Shown here piece by piece: positions 62,466-64,000 of a DNA stretch of 64,000 nt. Each line of letters starts with the position of its first letter. Position 1 is the first letter of the stretch. Location of the stretch: contig CM121342.1 in NCBI GenBank assembly GCA_051530055.1, positions 9,687,480-9,751,479 on the forward strand, given 5' to 3'. The position numbers and the translations under genes were made by a program. This DNA comes from Neoechinorhynchus agilis. Lineage: Eukaryota > Animalia > Acanthocephala. A model generated the notes under the pieces. It had not been told where the DNA came from. It did not search any database and saw only the letters and a list, made by a program, of their open reading frames with translations.

Positions 62466-64000
62466 TGATTCAGTGTATTGAGTTATTTAATTACTTCTCT
62501 GAACTAGATCGGTGGGCTGTATGCCCAAGGAAAGTTATCAGCCGTGATAAAAGGCCACACATTGATACTTAATAAGTTACAGGCTGGCCAGTTTTCAAAA
62601 ATTGATTTACTAATAAATATTTCGTCCGTCTCGTCGGACTTCTTCAGGTTTGTTTGTACGAAAAACTTCCAAGTAACCTGAAGTTCGACGAGACCGACGA
62701 AATATTTTTGAATTAATAAATCAAACTTCGTTATAGCAATTAAGTTTGTAAAAACCATTAAAAGTTGAAAAATCTTCACGATTACAATGTAGCGACATTT
62801 TTGCGCTGAAATTTATTTGAAGATTTATATCTTAACATTTAAAAATTTTTGAATGGTTTTCGAACATCATCCCGGCTCGCACCAGTTATTGTAAATAAAT
62901 CTAATCGACTTAATATTTACCATCCCGAAGGATCTTCTTGATATGATTATTTAAGAAATGTGTCGAGACTAGCGAATAAATTAGCAGTCCGTTGTTATAG
63001 TCGTACCCAAGGACCATTGGTATAAAATTAGAAACCGTTTTCATAGCAGTGGAGTTTACAAATTTCACCTTCTCCTGGCGTGGAAATTTTTTTATTTAAA
63101 AAACAAAGGTGCACGTATAGGACACAATCAGTCAAAGTCTACGATGCTCACTTTTCTTCTAGAAAAAGAATCGCTTGGAAATTCGCAATTTAGGAATTGA
63201 ATTTGTTTTAAATTGCCCATCGATATATTTGAATATTTTCAGGCTTAAATATCGATCGCAATTTCGAAATTAAAAACAAAATTTTAAACGTTTTTCCTCC
63301 GCACCAACTTTAGGACGGCTGTAATCTTACGAGGTTAAAGCATAAGTAAATTTAGACTTTTATGTTATCAGAACAAATCTAGTCAGTCTTTCTTTTTCTT
63401 AGTTTTGCCACCCCGGGGATTTAAATTCACTAATTTATTTCCCCGATATTTGACCTCTCGGATAATTCCGACATTTTCCCAAAGTTTGTCATTGCAGCAA
63501 CCCGGGTGGCAAAACTACCAAAAGAAAGAATATTTTTATATGGCACTGAAAAAAGCGAAGGATTTTTGTTAAATCCAATTATTTTCACAGGCGCAATCTT
63601 GAACGCGTTTTTTGATCATAGCTCGGACTCAATAAATTCCCATTTATTTTTCCGTCGAATTCTATGTTAAAACACTTACTCGACAAACCTTGGGAAAATG
63701 TCGGAATTATTCGACGTGAAATATCGAAAATAAATTAATGAATTTAAATCGGGTTGGCAAAACTTAGAAAAAGAAAGTCTCTTTTCCTCCGAAGACAATA
63801 ATTCAAGAAATATAGTCGATTTGAACTTTATAGGGCCTTAGTTTTTAGTATGTAATCTGAAAAGATTAAAGCTTAAGATTTTTTTTACGTCGAACGTTTC
63901 AAACCCCTTATTTGTAAGGCACAATATTGACATTTTGAGGCATTCAATTTCAGAGTTTGTTCTTTAAAAAAGAAGTTTAGGTTCACAACTTATTAAAATA

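Larger units (their letters stand above)
61795..62575. mobile_element. 781-bp non-autonomous cassette bounded by 41-bp inverted repeats
   Basis: 61795-61835 matches the reverse complement of 62535-62575 at 39 of 41 positions. Confidence 0.85.

Overview
AT-rich eukaryotic window, most likely a fast-evolving animal with a compact genome. Evidence: an R2 element at its 28S site, animal-like Tip60, cyclin C and ASPM, and many 35-65 nt GT-AG introns. The taxon cannot be fixed from sequence alone. Conserved genes: ASPM-like, KAT5/Tip60-like MYST, PIG-A, SDA1, cyclin C, a very divergent ArgRS and a deletion-damaged glycogenin. Lineage-specific genes: an inverted duplicate pair of secreted LRR genes, a mucin-like protein with 80-aa repeats, a 4-TM protein, a ZnF-dsRBD protein and four 43-45 aa CaaX microprotein genes missed by the ORF track. 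Between them lie decayed CR1/L2-type LINEs, many CRE-like RLE retroelement fragments, an R2-28S junction and several palindromic MITEs. Main leads: (1) a TIR-bounded cassette at 61.8-62.6 kb with two tRNA-like Pol III heads, each followed by a hammerhead-like core whose three strands are in a non-circularly permuted order; (2) 595-738 nt inserts in Tip60 and PIG-A bounded by short direct repeats and terminal inverted repeats rather than matching GT-AG sites; (3) the CaaX microprotein family. All alignments and folds were done by eye, and homologue motifs are recalled, not searched.
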